DNA of 64,000 nt from assembly GCA_963754655.1 (NCBI GenBank), contig CAVWGN010000001.1, positions 2,048,001-2,112,000 of the forward strand, given 5' to 3'. Below, piece after piece: positions 19,409 through 29,897 of the stretch. The stretch's first letter is position 1. The number at the start of each line of letters is the position of its first letter. The notes below the pieces were generated by a model, which had not been told where the DNA came from, did not search any database, and was given only the letters and a program-made list of their open reading frames with translations. The position numbers and the translations under genes were made by a program. Source of the stretch: an uncultured Chlamydiae bacterium. GTDB lineage: Bacteria > Chlamydiota > Chlamydiia > Chlamydiales > Parachlamydiaceae.

Positions 19409-20293
19409 TTACTCAATATTTTGAATTTGTTCGCGAATGCGCTCCAGTTCACTTTTGATATCGATGACAGCGCGCGCAATATCGAGATCAGAAGATTTAC
19501 TGCCAATGGTGTTAATTTCTCGATTTAACTCTTGCAGCACAAATTCGAGTGTCTTTCCAACAGAAAGGGTGGTCGAGTGAATCAATTCCTCAAAATGAGT
19601 GAGATGACAATAAAAACGAGTTAGCTCTTCCGTAATGTCAATCTTTTCGGCAAACAGAGCGATTTCACGCAAAATACGCTCTTCATTTTCTATATGGCCA
19701 GGCACTAACTCATTCAATCGGGCAATCAATTTTTCCCGATATTTCTTTGTAGCAAAAGGCATTTTTTGTTCAATCATCTGCAAGAATTGACGCATTTTTT
19801 CCAAGCGCTGCGCAATGTCCGCTTGCAAAACCGACCCCTCTTGGGTTTTCATGTGCAGAAACCCCTTCAGCGCAACTTCCAATGCCTGTTTTAAATATGC
19901 TCGGTAATTCTCTTCTTCCTCTCGATTCTCTTCATAACTTAATAAGCCTTCTGTCTGCTGTAAAAGAGAGAGGCGGAATTCATCGACGTCGAGTTTCAAT
20001 TCTCTTGCAATTTCCTCCCAAGCTTCTTTAAGTTGACGCGCTAAGGGAAGATTGGGGCGAACAAGAAAAGGAACGGCCCCTTCAAAAGTGACATTGACTT
20101 TAATCGTTACTTGCCCCCTAGCAAGATAAGGTAACAACCACTTTTTCAACTCAATATCAAATTGACTCAATTCACGAGGAAGAAAAACATTGACTTCCAG
20201 AAATTTACGGTTGACAGATTGAATTTCAACGACGAAGTGGCCAACCTTTGTATTTAAGCTTGCTCGGCCATAAGCTGTCATACTCTTTAGCAT
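19409..20293 (-). CDS. yicC: YicC/YloC family endoribonuclease
   Basis: MLKSMTAYGRA, SVNRKFLE, GKTLEFVLQELNREINTIGSK, REQIQNIE. Confidence 0.94.
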   Translation of the reverse strand: MLKSMTAYGRASLNTKVGHFVVEIQSVNRKFLEVNVFLPRELSQFDIELKKWLLPYLARGQVTIKVNVTFEGAVPFLVRPNLPLARQLKEAWEEIARELKLDVDEFRLSLLQQTEGLLSYEENREEEENYRAYLKQALEVALKGFLHMKTQEGSVLQADIAQRLEKMRQFLQMIEQKMPFATKKYREKLIARLNELVPGHIENEERILREIALFAEKIDITEELTRFYCHLTHFEELIHSTTLSVGKTLEFVLQELNREINTIGSKSSDLDIARAVIDIKSELERIREQIQNIE

Positions 20294-20480
20294 AAAAATA
20301 GAGAATCGTCATTAGATTGAGAATGAGCTAATTATATTAAAAATTTCTTTTCTGTCAAGAAGCGTTAACTAGTACTGAGTTTATTAGGACTAGACTCACG
20401 TACAAGCCGCTTTCCAGCATTTCGTTGTGAATAAGCTATTCTAAAGTTCTCTATAAGCAGCTTTTTTTAAATCATTTAAG

Positions 20481-20519
20481 ATTTGACACTGACAGCCCTT
20501 CAGGCTGTCAGTGTCAAAT
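20481..20519. repeat. Perfect 17 bp-stem hairpin with REP-core loop
   Basis: ATTTGACACTGACAGCC-CTTCA-GGCTGTCAGTGTCAAAT in the divergent yicC/effector intergenic region. Confidence 0.75.
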
Positions 20520-20791
20520 ATTTTTAGTAAAAAATAATCTGAAGTGATTAAGGAAATAGTGAACAGCCATTTAAAAGCCTATTTCCAAAAATAAGGCGAA
20601 TAAATTTAGCCTAAATAGGCTAAATGTTAAATCTCCTATTATCTCAATTTCATTAATTTAAATTTTTAATTATATAATTAATAAATTATTTTAATTTAAT
20701 TAATATTTATTTAACAATCACTTTATCTAATTTTTTTAAAATTGTCATAAATTAATAAATCGAATAATTAATAATAAATCAAACTGGATGT

Positions 20792-22912
20792 ATGTATAAT
20801 TATATAAATCATATTATTTACGATAATAAATATTATCAAAGGCAATTTGAAAACGATTTGCCAAAAGCGAATGTTATAGTCGGGATGGAGACTGCTAAAA
20901 GAGTTACTCTTATTGTTTTACCCTTTATCAGTTTATATGGACCTGCTGGAAAAGGAATTTCGATCGCGATGGGATCTACGCGCTGTGTGACTCATCTTTT
21001 TGAAGGAGGATTGGCGCTGTATCACAAAGATGTTTGGGCTGTTGGCGGACACATGACTCAAGTGGCTTTAGCAGCCATGGCTGTTGCAGCAACAGTTTTT
21101 AGTTTTCAAGTTGGTTTGCTCATTACAACAGTTGCCGACATTGGGACTTCTTTAACAACTGTTATGAATCATCTAACGGAAGGTGAATACGAAAAAGCTC
21201 TAGCCGAGATGCTCCAAGCCGCTTCTTCTATGCTTTATCTTTCGATTATGCTGACTGGATCATTGGAATTAACCTTAGCCTCTTTTCTCCTCCAAGGAGC
21301 GATATCGCTTTATCAAGCTCAAGATGAATGGAAGGCTGGCAGATGGCCTGAATTTATCGCAAAATTGATCATGGGAAGCCTTCGATTCAATCAAGCACTT
21401 CAATATGTGGATCAGATCAAACAGCGGAATGCTTTTTTAGCCCTCGACAAATATGTCAAACTCATGGAACAGGTCAAGAAGGGGCGCGAAGCATCACATT
21501 TGATCAACTCTCCCTTGCAAAACCCTGGACAAGAAGTAGTCATGGTTGATGCGGATGGCAATGATTTTAACTTTGGCGAGAATATCAATGGATACGGCAA
21601 AGGCCTTATAAAAGGAATGAATTTACAGTTTCGCACCACTGTCATCAATGGAAAAAACATGAAGGAAATCGACTTTAAGGTTAATCATGTTTTTAGAGAT
21701 CAGCTACAGATGATTGTCGATGGGATGAATGATTTTAATCCTAGTGAAATGAAAAGCTTTTTGGAATTAACACAGTCGCATGCTCATGGCATAAAAATTG
21801 AAAAGGTACCGTTTGAATTGTGCGCTGAAACAAAAAGAATAATTGGAGATGCTTACCAAATTACCTTTGATGGGCTTGGTAAGGTTTTAATTGGTGCTTC
21901 TAAAGATATGCCTAATATGTACGACCGTATTCGATTTATTGTAGATTCAGACAAGTCCGTTTATGATGTGCATGAAATGATGTCTTTTTTAAACTTGAAT
22001 GATGCCTTTAAAACTTCTTCTGGAGATGATATTGAACGCTTAAAAATTGGACAGCTCTATCGAATTTTTTATCCCAAAGAAGCGACTTTTTTAGAGCGAA
22101 GTGAGGACTATTTTGAACTTCCAACCGATCAATTAAAGGGAAAAATCATCGCCCAAAATCCTAAAATGCGATCTATTTTAGAAAAAATGCTTCCGACAAT
22201 GACACCCGAGGAAATTCTGCCTGGACGCTTAAGATATGTGGTCCCCGAGATTTCTAAAATGATTTATGCTCAAGGAGGGCGAGCTCTTATTTCTACAATT
22301 ACAGGAACTCATCACTCATCTGAAGAAGGATATAAACGCTTCGCTTCAATATTAAAAATGGGAATGTTATCAAGCGATGTGCGTTATCGGAATGGAATGC
22401 AAGTAGGAGGGCTAAGTCCCAGTGCTGATTTCTATACAGGGGGTGCTGATAGTATTTTTACACAATTTCTAACTAAAAAAGAGTTTGCAGAAAAGATGAG
22501 CTTAGACAATCTGTATAGTGGAGATATTCGCATATTAATCTCACTAGACGCATTAAATACAGGAACCTATCAATATAATTTTGATGCGTATGGAACTAGA
22601 CAAGTCAATAATAGCACATTTAATTTCTTTGATTGGAACACCTACTTGAATCGCCCAAATATTTTTGACTTTAGTAAGAAAGAAAATCAATCCTTCAATT
22701 TTGGAAATGAAGTGATGATTAAGGAGCGCTTAGATTCTTCTTACATTACTGGCGTGATTGTTCCTTCAGTTAGCATGCGCAATGGATTATTGCATACATT
22801 AAGAAGCCAGGGATTAGTTGCCTCAACGAATGGGGTAGAAACAATCATGAACATCCCCGTCCATAAGTTTATTCGTGTGGCTGATCGATTATCTCATTCT
22901 ATGCTTACATGA
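20792..22912 (+). CDS. Hypothetical protein; hydrophobic N-terminal third and candidate ADP-ribosyltransferase-fold C-terminus
   Basis: 706 aa ORF. C-terminal SILKMGMLSS...GGADSIFT...GNEVMIK spacing resembles ART-fold toxin domains (inference from motif pattern only). Confidence 0.55.
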   Translation: MYNYINHIIYDNKYYQRQFENDLPKANVIVGMETAKRVTLIVLPFISLYGPAGKGISIAMGSTRCVTHLFEGGLALYHKDVWAVGGHMTQVALAAMAVAATVFSFQVGLLITTVADIGTSLTTVMNHLTEGEYEKALAEMLQAASSMLYLSIMLTGSLELTLASFLLQGAISLYQAQDEWKAGRWPEFIAKLIMGSLRFNQALQYVDQIKQRNAFLALDKYVKLMEQVKKGREASHLINSPLQNPGQEVVMVDADGNDFNFGENINGYGKGLIKGMNLQFRTTVINGKNMKEIDFKVNHVFRDQLQMIVDGMNDFNPSEMKSFLELTQSHAHGIKIEKVPFELCAETKRIIGDAYQITFDGLGKVLIGASKDMPNMYDRIRFIVDSDKSVYDVHEMMSFLNLNDAFKTSSGDDIERLKIGQLYRIFYPKEATFLERSEDYFELPTDQLKGKIIAQNPKMRSILEKMLPTMTPEEILPGRLRYVVPEISKMIYAQGGRALISTITGTHHSSEEGYKRFASILKMGMLSSDVRYRNGMQVGGLSPSADFYTGGADSIFTQFLTKKEFAEKMSLDNLYSGDIRILISLDALNTGTYQYNFDAYGTRQVNNSTFNFFDWNTYLNRPNIFDFSKKENQSFNFGNEVMIKERLDSSYITGVIVPSVSMRNGLLHTLRSQGLVASTNGVETIMNIPVHKFIRVADRLSHSMLT

Positions 22913-22918
22913 TTCAAT

Positions 22919-22997
22919 TTTTACGCCGTGTACTGAGGTGTTTGCAAAATGCTAGCATTTTGTAAACATGCTCCTATCCAAGCACACGGCGTAAAAG
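22919..22997. terminator. Nested palindrome, likely bidirectional terminator (family E repeat)
   Basis: TTTTACGCCGTGT...ACACGGCGTAAAA enclosing TGTTTGCAAAATGCTAGCATTTTGTAAACA; half copies near 30543, 32464 and 47933. Confidence 0.65.
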
Positions 22998-23065
22998 CTC
23001 GGTTTAAGAAAAGGAAATGAAAAAGCTTTTAGTGAATCTTATTCGTTGCAGTAATCAATTTTCCT

Positions 23066-24457
23066 TTAGTCGTTGGGAACATTTGGATAAGGTTTGTAAT
23101 GAACATATAGATCATTTAACCAGCTATTTATTTGGTTTCTAAAATGGTATTCCAAACTAATCATGTCAATTTTCTGGCATGTATCAATTACCAATAAGGT
23201 TAGATTTCTCATCTTTTCAAGATATTGAATTCCTCCATTGTCGATATTAGGAAGAGAAACTAACCGTAATGTTCTAAGACTCGGATAGGTAGCAATAATG
23301 TTCAAAGCTCCATTATGTAGGCCCACTAAATTTTCCAGGTGTAATTCTTTTAAATCATGCATGGCCAAAAGGTTCTTAAAACCCTCATCTTTTATTAACG
23401 GGCACCCTGCAAGGCGTAAACAACTTAAGCTTAATCCACTAATTTTTCTCAAAAACTCTCCCGTTATTCGAGGCGCAGAAAAAATCCCAAGTTTGTCCAG
23501 CTTCAGTTGACTTAAAGTAGAGGCACATTCATCGTCTGTGCAACCACGGAGATATAAGGAAGTTAAATTAGTCAAAGCCTTCAATCTTGCCAACCCTTGA
23601 TTAGGGACATTTTGACCAAAAATACTCAGGTGTTGTAATCCAGTCAACTGAACAATAGGCTGAAAGCTGTCTGGTGTTGACATTGTACAATTACCTAAGA
23701 TGAGATCCCGCAGTCCAGTTTGTCTGGGGAGGTGAGCAAAATCACTATCTGGAATTGGTCTATTTAGTGTCCAAAATTCTAGCCGCTTTAGAGAATTCGT
23801 ACCCACAGAAGATATCAACTGGTCGTTTTCTCCCATATTGATTCCACGTATACCTAGAGTTTGTAACTTGGTGAGTGAATGGAGCACAGGCGTCAAGGCC
23901 GAGCCGTCCAAGTTGCAGTAATCTATCTCGAAGTGCTCAAGCTTTTGCAAGGCAGTAAAGCGTAAGAAGCTCTCAGAACTCAAGTTTGTCACTTTTGCAC
24001 CCAAGAATAGTGTGTTGAGATTGGATAACTGAATCAGCGAGCTTAGAGTTTCGTCATTGAATGAATGGCGAGACTGGTCATCATCAGGGGGTTTAATCTC
24101 TACAACTCTCAGGTCTTTGCAAGAGTGCTTAGACATCTCATTAAGCATAGCTTGTAGATAAAACACCTCTCTTGATTTCTTGATGATAATCTTATCAGTA
24201 TATGTAAAGACTAGAGAATAGAACTTTTTGCTGGAACCCAAAAGGCCCTGCAACTGAATAAGGTCTGTTTGCTGGATGATAGTCATCAAGATATCGGTCG
24301 GTAAACTAGTAAAAGGTCCTTCTTCTTGAACGTCTGTTATTTGATTAGCCTCAGAGCTAACACCTTCTCTTCTTCTCTTTATGCCTCCTAATAATCTCTC
24401 TTCTAGAGGATCACCATAAGTCGTCATTGGTTGAATTGAACGGATGGATGTATTCAT
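23066..24457 (-). CDS. F-box/leucine-rich-repeat protein, array copy 1
   Basis: FTSLPTDILMTIIQQ F-box-like motif, ~12 LRRs, N-terminal IKRRRE. Confidence 0.85.
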   Translation of the reverse strand: MNTSIRSIQPMTTYGDPLEERLLGGIKRRREGVSSEANQITDVQEEGPFTSLPTDILMTIIQQTDLIQLQGLLGSSKKFYSLVFTYTDKIIIKKSREVFYLQAMLNEMSKHSCKDLRVVEIKPPDDDQSRHSFNDETLSSLIQLSNLNTLFLGAKVTNLSSESFLRFTALQKLEHFEIDYCNLDGSALTPVLHSLTKLQTLGIRGINMGENDQLISSVGTNSLKRLEFWTLNRPIPDSDFAHLPRQTGLRDLILGNCTMSTPDSFQPIVQLTGLQHLSIFGQNVPNQGLARLKALTNLTSLYLRGCTDDECASTLSQLKLDKLGIFSAPRITGEFLRKISGLSLSCLRLAGCPLIKDEGFKNLLAMHDLKELHLENLVGLHNGALNIIATYPSLRTLRLVSLPNIDNGGIQYLEKMRNLTLLVIDTCQKIDMISLEYHFRNQINSWLNDLYVHYKPYPNVPND

Positions 24458-24764
24458 AATAGTCTACTCCTAAAAATGCATTGAAATGGATTTTATAAAT
24501 TTTATTCGCCTTTAGATTGACGACATATCAATAATAAAAATTCTGTTAATATTTTTGAATTTCAAAAATTAATTAACTTTAAATCTTAGTTTATATAAAT
24601 TTATTCACTTTTTTGCAATGTTTAACTAAAAATCAATCAAAAAAAATTTATAAATTTCAAATTTTTTAAATCTATTTCAAGACATTTAGTTGAATTATAA
24701 ATGATTTTAGAACCTTTTAAACAAGAATAAGACCTAAAACAAACAATTTCTAGATATTCTTCCT

Positions 24765-26168
24765 TTACTCGTCGAGAACATGTAGATAAGGTTTGTAATT
24801 AATGCTTAGATTATTTAATCGGCTATTTAGGTGATTTTTGACAAGGTAATCTATACCCCGTGTGTCGATTTTCTGACATTGGTTAACTTCTAACGCTTGT
24901 AGATTTTGCATATTTTCAAGAGATTGAATTCCTTTGTTGTCAATATTAGGAAGGGAAACTAGGACTAAATTTTTAAGAGTAGGATGCAGAGCAATCACCT
25001 TCAAGGCTGTGTTACTTAGACCTTCTAATTTTTCTAGGGCTAACCTTCCTAAATTTAAATTGACCCAAAGGTTTATGAGATCTCGATCCATTATTAATGA
25101 ACATTTGTCAAGGCGTAAAGATATTAATTTCAGATGGCTTATTTTTTTTAAAAACATTCCCGTTATTCGGCTTTGTGGCCTGGAGATAATTGCAAGGTAC
25201 CGCAGCTTCGGTTGAGTTAAACTAGAGGCACATTCATCGTCTGTGCAACCAGCGAGATGTAAGGAGGTTAAATTAGTCAAAGTCGTCAATCTTGCCAACT
25301 CTTGGTTAGGGATATTTTGACTAAAAAGACCCAGGTGTTGTAATCCAGTTAACTGAGCAATAGACTGGAAGCTGTCTGGTGTTTGCGCTCTACAATTACC
25401 TAAGATGAGCTCCTGCAGTCCAGTTTGTCTGGATAGATAAGGAAAATCACTATCCGTAATGGGCCTGTTTGCCTCTTGTGTCCAAAGTCCTAGCTGCTTT
25501 AGAGAGGTCGTAGCCACAGAAGATATCAACTGGTCGTTTTCTTCCATATTGATGCCCCGTATGCGTAGAGTTTGTAACTTAGTGAGCGACTGGAGCACGG
25601 GCTTTAAGACCGAGCCGTCCACGTTGCAGTAAGATATCTCGAAGTGCTCAAGCTTTTGCAAGGCAGTAAAGCGTAAGAAGCTCTCAGCACTCAAGTTTGT
25701 CACTTTTGTACCCAAGAACAGCTTATTGAGATTGGATAACTGAATCAGCGAGCTTAGAGTTTCGTCATTGAATGAATGGCGAGACTTGTCATCATCAGGG
25801 GGTTTAATCTCTACAACTCTTAGGTCTTTGCAAGAGTGCTTAGACATCTCATTAAGCATAGCTTGTAGATAAAACACCTCTCTTGATTTCTTGATGATAA
25901 TCTTATCAGTATATGTAAAGACTAGAGAATAGAACTTTTTGCTGGAACCCAAAAGGCCCTGCAACTGAATAAGGTCTGTTTGCTGGATGATAGTCATCAA
26001 GATATCGGTCGGTAAACTAGTAAAAGGTCCTTCTTCTTGAACGTCTGTTATTTGATTAGCCTCAGAGCTAACACCTTCTCTTCTTCTCTTTATGCCTCCT
26101 AATAATCTCTCTTCTAGAGGATCACCATAAGTCGTCATTGGTTGAATTGAACGGATGGATGTATTCAT
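24765..26168 (-). CDS. F-box/LRR protein, array copy 2 (chimera of copies 1 and 3)
   Basis: N-terminus identical to copy 1, remainder identical to copy 3. Confidence 0.85.
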   Translation of the reverse strand: MNTSIRSIQPMTTYGDPLEERLLGGIKRRREGVSSEANQITDVQEEGPFTSLPTDILMTIIQQTDLIQLQGLLGSSKKFYSLVFTYTDKIIIKKSREVFYLQAMLNEMSKHSCKDLRVVEIKPPDDDKSRHSFNDETLSSLIQLSNLNKLFLGTKVTNLSAESFLRFTALQKLEHFEISYCNVDGSVLKPVLQSLTKLQTLRIRGINMEENDQLISSVATTSLKQLGLWTQEANRPITDSDFPYLSRQTGLQELILGNCRAQTPDSFQSIAQLTGLQHLGLFSQNIPNQELARLTTLTNLTSLHLAGCTDDECASSLTQPKLRYLAIISRPQSRITGMFLKKISHLKLISLRLDKCSLIMDRDLINLWVNLNLGRLALEKLEGLSNTALKVIALHPTLKNLVLVSLPNIDNKGIQSLENMQNLQALEVNQCQKIDTRGIDYLVKNHLNSRLNNLSINYKPYLHVLDE

Positions 26169-26474
26169 AATAGTCTACTCCTAAAAATGCATTGAAATGG
26201 ATTTTATAAATTTTATTCGCCTTTAGATTGACGACATATCAATAATAAAAATTCTGTTAATATTTTTGAATTTCAAAAATTAATTAACTTTAAATCTTAG
26301 TTTATATAAATTTATTCACTTTTTGCAATGTTTAACTAAAAATCAATCAAAAAAAATTTATAAATTTCAAATTTTTTACATCTATTTCAAGACATTTAGT
26401 TGAATTATAAATGATTTTAGAACCTTTTAAACAAGAATAAGACCTAAAACAAACAATTTCTAGATATTCTTCCT

Positions 26475-27878
26475 TTACTCGTCGAGAACATGTAGATAAG
26501 GTTTGTAATTAATGCTTAGATTATTTAATCGGCTATTTAGGTGATTTTTGACAAGGTAATCTATACCCCGTGTGTCGATTTTCTGACATTGGTTAACTTC
26601 TAACGCTTGTAGATTTTGCATATTTTCAAGAGATTGAATTCCTTTGTTGTCAATATTAGGAAGGGAAACTAGGACTAAATTTTTAAGAGTAGGATGCAGA
26701 GCAATCACCTTCAAGGCTGTGTTACTTAGACCTTCTAATTTTTCTAGGGCTAACCTTCCTAAATTTAAATTGACCCAAAGGTTTATGAGATCTCGATCCA
26801 TTATTAATGAACATTTGTCAAGGCGTAAAGATATTAATTTCAGATGGCTTATTTTTTTTAAAAACATTCCCGTTATTCGGCTTTGTGGCCTGGAGATAAT
26901 TGCAAGGTACCGCAGCTTCGGTTGAGTTAAACTAGAGGCACATTCATCGTCTGTGCAACCAGCGAGATGTAAGGAGGTTAAATTAGTCAAAGTCGTCAAT
27001 CTTGCCAACTCTTGGTTAGGGATATTTTGACTAAAAAGACCCAGGTGTTGTAATCCAGTTAACTGAGCAATAGACTGGAAGCTGTCTGGTGTTTGCGCTC
27101 TACAATTACCTAAGATGAGCTCCTGCAGTCCAGTTTGTCTGGATAGATAAGGAAAATCACTATCCGTAATGGGCCTGTTTGCCTCTTGTGTCCAAAGTCC
27201 TAGCTGCTTTAGAGAGGTCGTAGCCACAGAAGATATCAACTGGTCGTTTTCTTCCATATTGATGCCCCGTATGCGTAGAGTTTGTAACTTAGTGAGCGAC
27301 TGGAGCACGGGCTTTAAGACCGAGCCGTCCACGTTGCAGTAAGATATCTCGAAGTGCTCAAGCTTTTGCAAGGCAGTAAAGCGTAAGAAGCTCTCAGCAC
27401 TCAAGTTTGTCACTTTTGTACCCAAGAACAGCTTATTGAGATTGGATAACTGAATCAGCGAGCTTAGAGTTTCGTCATTGAATGAATGGCGAGACTTGTC
27501 ATCATCAGGGGGTTTAATCTCTACAACTCTCAGGTCTTTGCAAGAGTGCTTAGACATCTCATTAAGCATAGCTTGTAGATAAAACATCTCCCTTGATTTC
27601 TTGATGATAATTTTATCAGTATATGTAAAGACTAGAGAATAGAACTTTTTACTGGAACCCAAAAGGCCCTGCAACTGAACAAGGTCTGTTTGCTGGATGA
27701 TAGTCATCAAGATATCGGTCGGTAAACTAATAAAGAGTCCTTCTTCTTGAAGGCCTGTTATTTCATTAGTCTCAAAGCTAAGACTTTCTCTTTTTCTCTT
27801 TATGCCTCCTGATGATCTCTCTTCTAGAGAATCACCGTAAGTTGTCATTGGTTGAATTGAACTGATGGATGTATTCAT
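26475..27878 (-). CDS. F-box/LRR protein, array copy 3
   Basis: Paralog with the same architecture. Confidence 0.85.
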   Translation of the reverse strand: MNTSISSIQPMTTYGDSLEERSSGGIKRKRESLSFETNEITGLQEEGLFISLPTDILMTIIQQTDLVQLQGLLGSSKKFYSLVFTYTDKIIIKKSREMFYLQAMLNEMSKHSCKDLRVVEIKPPDDDKSRHSFNDETLSSLIQLSNLNKLFLGTKVTNLSAESFLRFTALQKLEHFEISYCNVDGSVLKPVLQSLTKLQTLRIRGINMEENDQLISSVATTSLKQLGLWTQEANRPITDSDFPYLSRQTGLQELILGNCRAQTPDSFQSIAQLTGLQHLGLFSQNIPNQELARLTTLTNLTSLHLAGCTDDECASSLTQPKLRYLAIISRPQSRITGMFLKKISHLKLISLRLDKCSLIMDRDLINLWVNLNLGRLALEKLEGLSNTALKVIALHPTLKNLVLVSLPNIDNKGIQSLENMQNLQALEVNQCQKIDTRGIDYLVKNHLNSRLNNLSINYKPYLHVLDE

Positions 27879-28176
27879 AATAGTCTGCTCCTAAAAATGT
27901 CTTGAAAGAGTTGTATTTATTTTCTTGGCTTTTGAATTGACAACATATCAATAAGAAAAAGTTTTTAAATATTTTTAAATTTTAAAATCAATTAATCCAA
28001 AAATTAATTTATATAGTTTTAGTCGTTTTTTTGCAATATTTAATTAAAAGATTAAACCAATAAAAATTTATAAAATTCAATTTTTATTGAAACCATTTAA
28101 AGAATTTTTATTTAACTATAAATAATTTTTAGGAATCTTTTACACAAAAATGAAGGCTGATATTCCTTATTAAAGT

Positions 28177-29556
28177 TTAGATAGGTCTGTAATGAATTTG
28201 TAAATTATTTAACCAGCTATTTATGTGATTTTTGATAAGGTAATCTATACCACTTATGTCGATTTTCTGACATTGTTGAACCAGCAACTCCTGTAGATTT
28301 GGCATTTTTTCAAGATATTGAATTCCTTCATTGTCAATATTAGGAAGAGAAGTTAGAGCTAATTCGCTAAGAGTAGGATGCTGAGCAATAATCTGCAAGG
28401 CTGTGTTATTTAGCCCTTCTAATCTGTCTAGATCTAACCTTTCTAAATGTAAATTGACCAAAAGGTTCCTGAGATCTACATCCGTTATTAACGGGCAATT
28501 AGTGAGGCGTAAATATGTTAATTTCAGATGACTCATTTTTTTTAAAAACTCTCCAGTTATTCGGCCTTGGGGCGTGGAGATAATCACAAGGCGCCGCAGC
28601 TTTGGTTGAGTTAAAGTAGAAGCACATTCATCGTCTAGGCAACCACCGAGAGATAAGGAGGTTAAATTAGTCAAAGTCTTCAATCTTGCCAACTCTTGAA
28701 CAGGGATATTTTGACTAAAAAGGCCCAGGTGTTGTAATCCAGTCAACTGAGCAATAGGCTGAAAGCTGTCTGGTGTTGGCGTTGTACAATTACCTAAGAT
28801 GAGATCCTGCAGTCCAGTTTGTCTGATTAGGTAAGCAAAATCACTATTCGGAATTGGCCTATTCGCTGTCCAAAGTCCTAGCCGTTTTAGAGAGGTTGTA
28901 GCCACAGAAGATATCAACTGGTCGTTTTCTTCCATATTGATGCCCCGTATGCGTAGAGTTTGTAACTTGGTAAGAGACTGGAACACGGGTTTTAAGGCCG
29001 AGCCACCTACGTTGCAGTAATCTATCTCGAAGTGCTCAAGCTTTTGCAAGGCAGTAAAGCGTAAGAAGCTCTCAGAACTCAAGTTTACAACTTGTGCACC
29101 CAATAACAGCTTATTGAGATTGGGTAACTGAATTAGCGAGCTTAGAGTTTCGTCATTGAATGAATAGCGAGACAGTTCATCATTAGGGGGGTTAATCTCT
29201 ACAACTCTCAGGTCTTTGCAAGAGTGCTTAGACATCTCATTAAGCATAGCTTGTAGATAAAACATCTCCCTTGATTTCTTGATGATAATTTTATCTGTAT
29301 ATGTAAAGACTAGAGAATACAACTTTTTGCTGGAACACAAAAGGCCCCGCAACTGAATAAGGTCTGTTTGCTGGATGATAGTCATCAAGATATCGGTCGG
29401 TAAACTAATAAAGAGTCCTTCTTCTTGAAGGCCTGTTATTTCATTAGTCTCAGGGCTAACACTTTCTCTTCTTCTCTTTATGCCTCCTGCTGATCTCTCT
29501 TCTAGAGGGTCAGCACAAGTCGCCATTGATTGAATTGAACTGACGGAGATATTCAC
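28177..29556 (-). CDS. F-box/LRR protein, array copy 4 (GTG start)
   Basis: Paralog; AGGAG RBS upstream. Confidence 0.85.
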   Translation of the reverse strand: MNISVSSIQSMATCADPLEERSAGGIKRRRESVSPETNEITGLQEEGLFISLPTDILMTIIQQTDLIQLRGLLCSSKKLYSLVFTYTDKIIIKKSREMFYLQAMLNEMSKHSCKDLRVVEINPPNDELSRYSFNDETLSSLIQLPNLNKLLLGAQVVNLSSESFLRFTALQKLEHFEIDYCNVGGSALKPVFQSLTKLQTLRIRGINMEENDQLISSVATTSLKRLGLWTANRPIPNSDFAYLIRQTGLQDLILGNCTTPTPDSFQPIAQLTGLQHLGLFSQNIPVQELARLKTLTNLTSLSLGGCLDDECASTLTQPKLRRLVIISTPQGRITGEFLKKMSHLKLTYLRLTNCPLITDVDLRNLLVNLHLERLDLDRLEGLNNTALQIIAQHPTLSELALTSLPNIDNEGIQYLEKMPNLQELLVQQCQKIDISGIDYLIKNHINSWLNNLQIHYRPI

Positions 29557-29897
29557 GATATTCTGCTCCTAAAATGTATTGAAAAAGGGTTTTATTTATT
29601 TTATTCGCTTTTGAATTGACGACATATCAATAAGATATTTTTTTAATATCTTTTAATTTTTGAAAATCAATTAATCTTAAACCTTAGTTTATATAAATTG
29701 AGTCGATTTTTGCAATATTTAATTAAAAGATTCAACCAAAAAAATTTTATAAAATTCAAATTTTAAAGAAATTTTATTCAAGTATGAATAATTTTTAATA
29801 ACTTTTAAAAAAATGGAGACTTGAAATAAACATTTCATTGATATAGATAATGGCAAAGCAAAAGACCTGAGTCCTCTTAGACACTAGCCTTTGCCTA

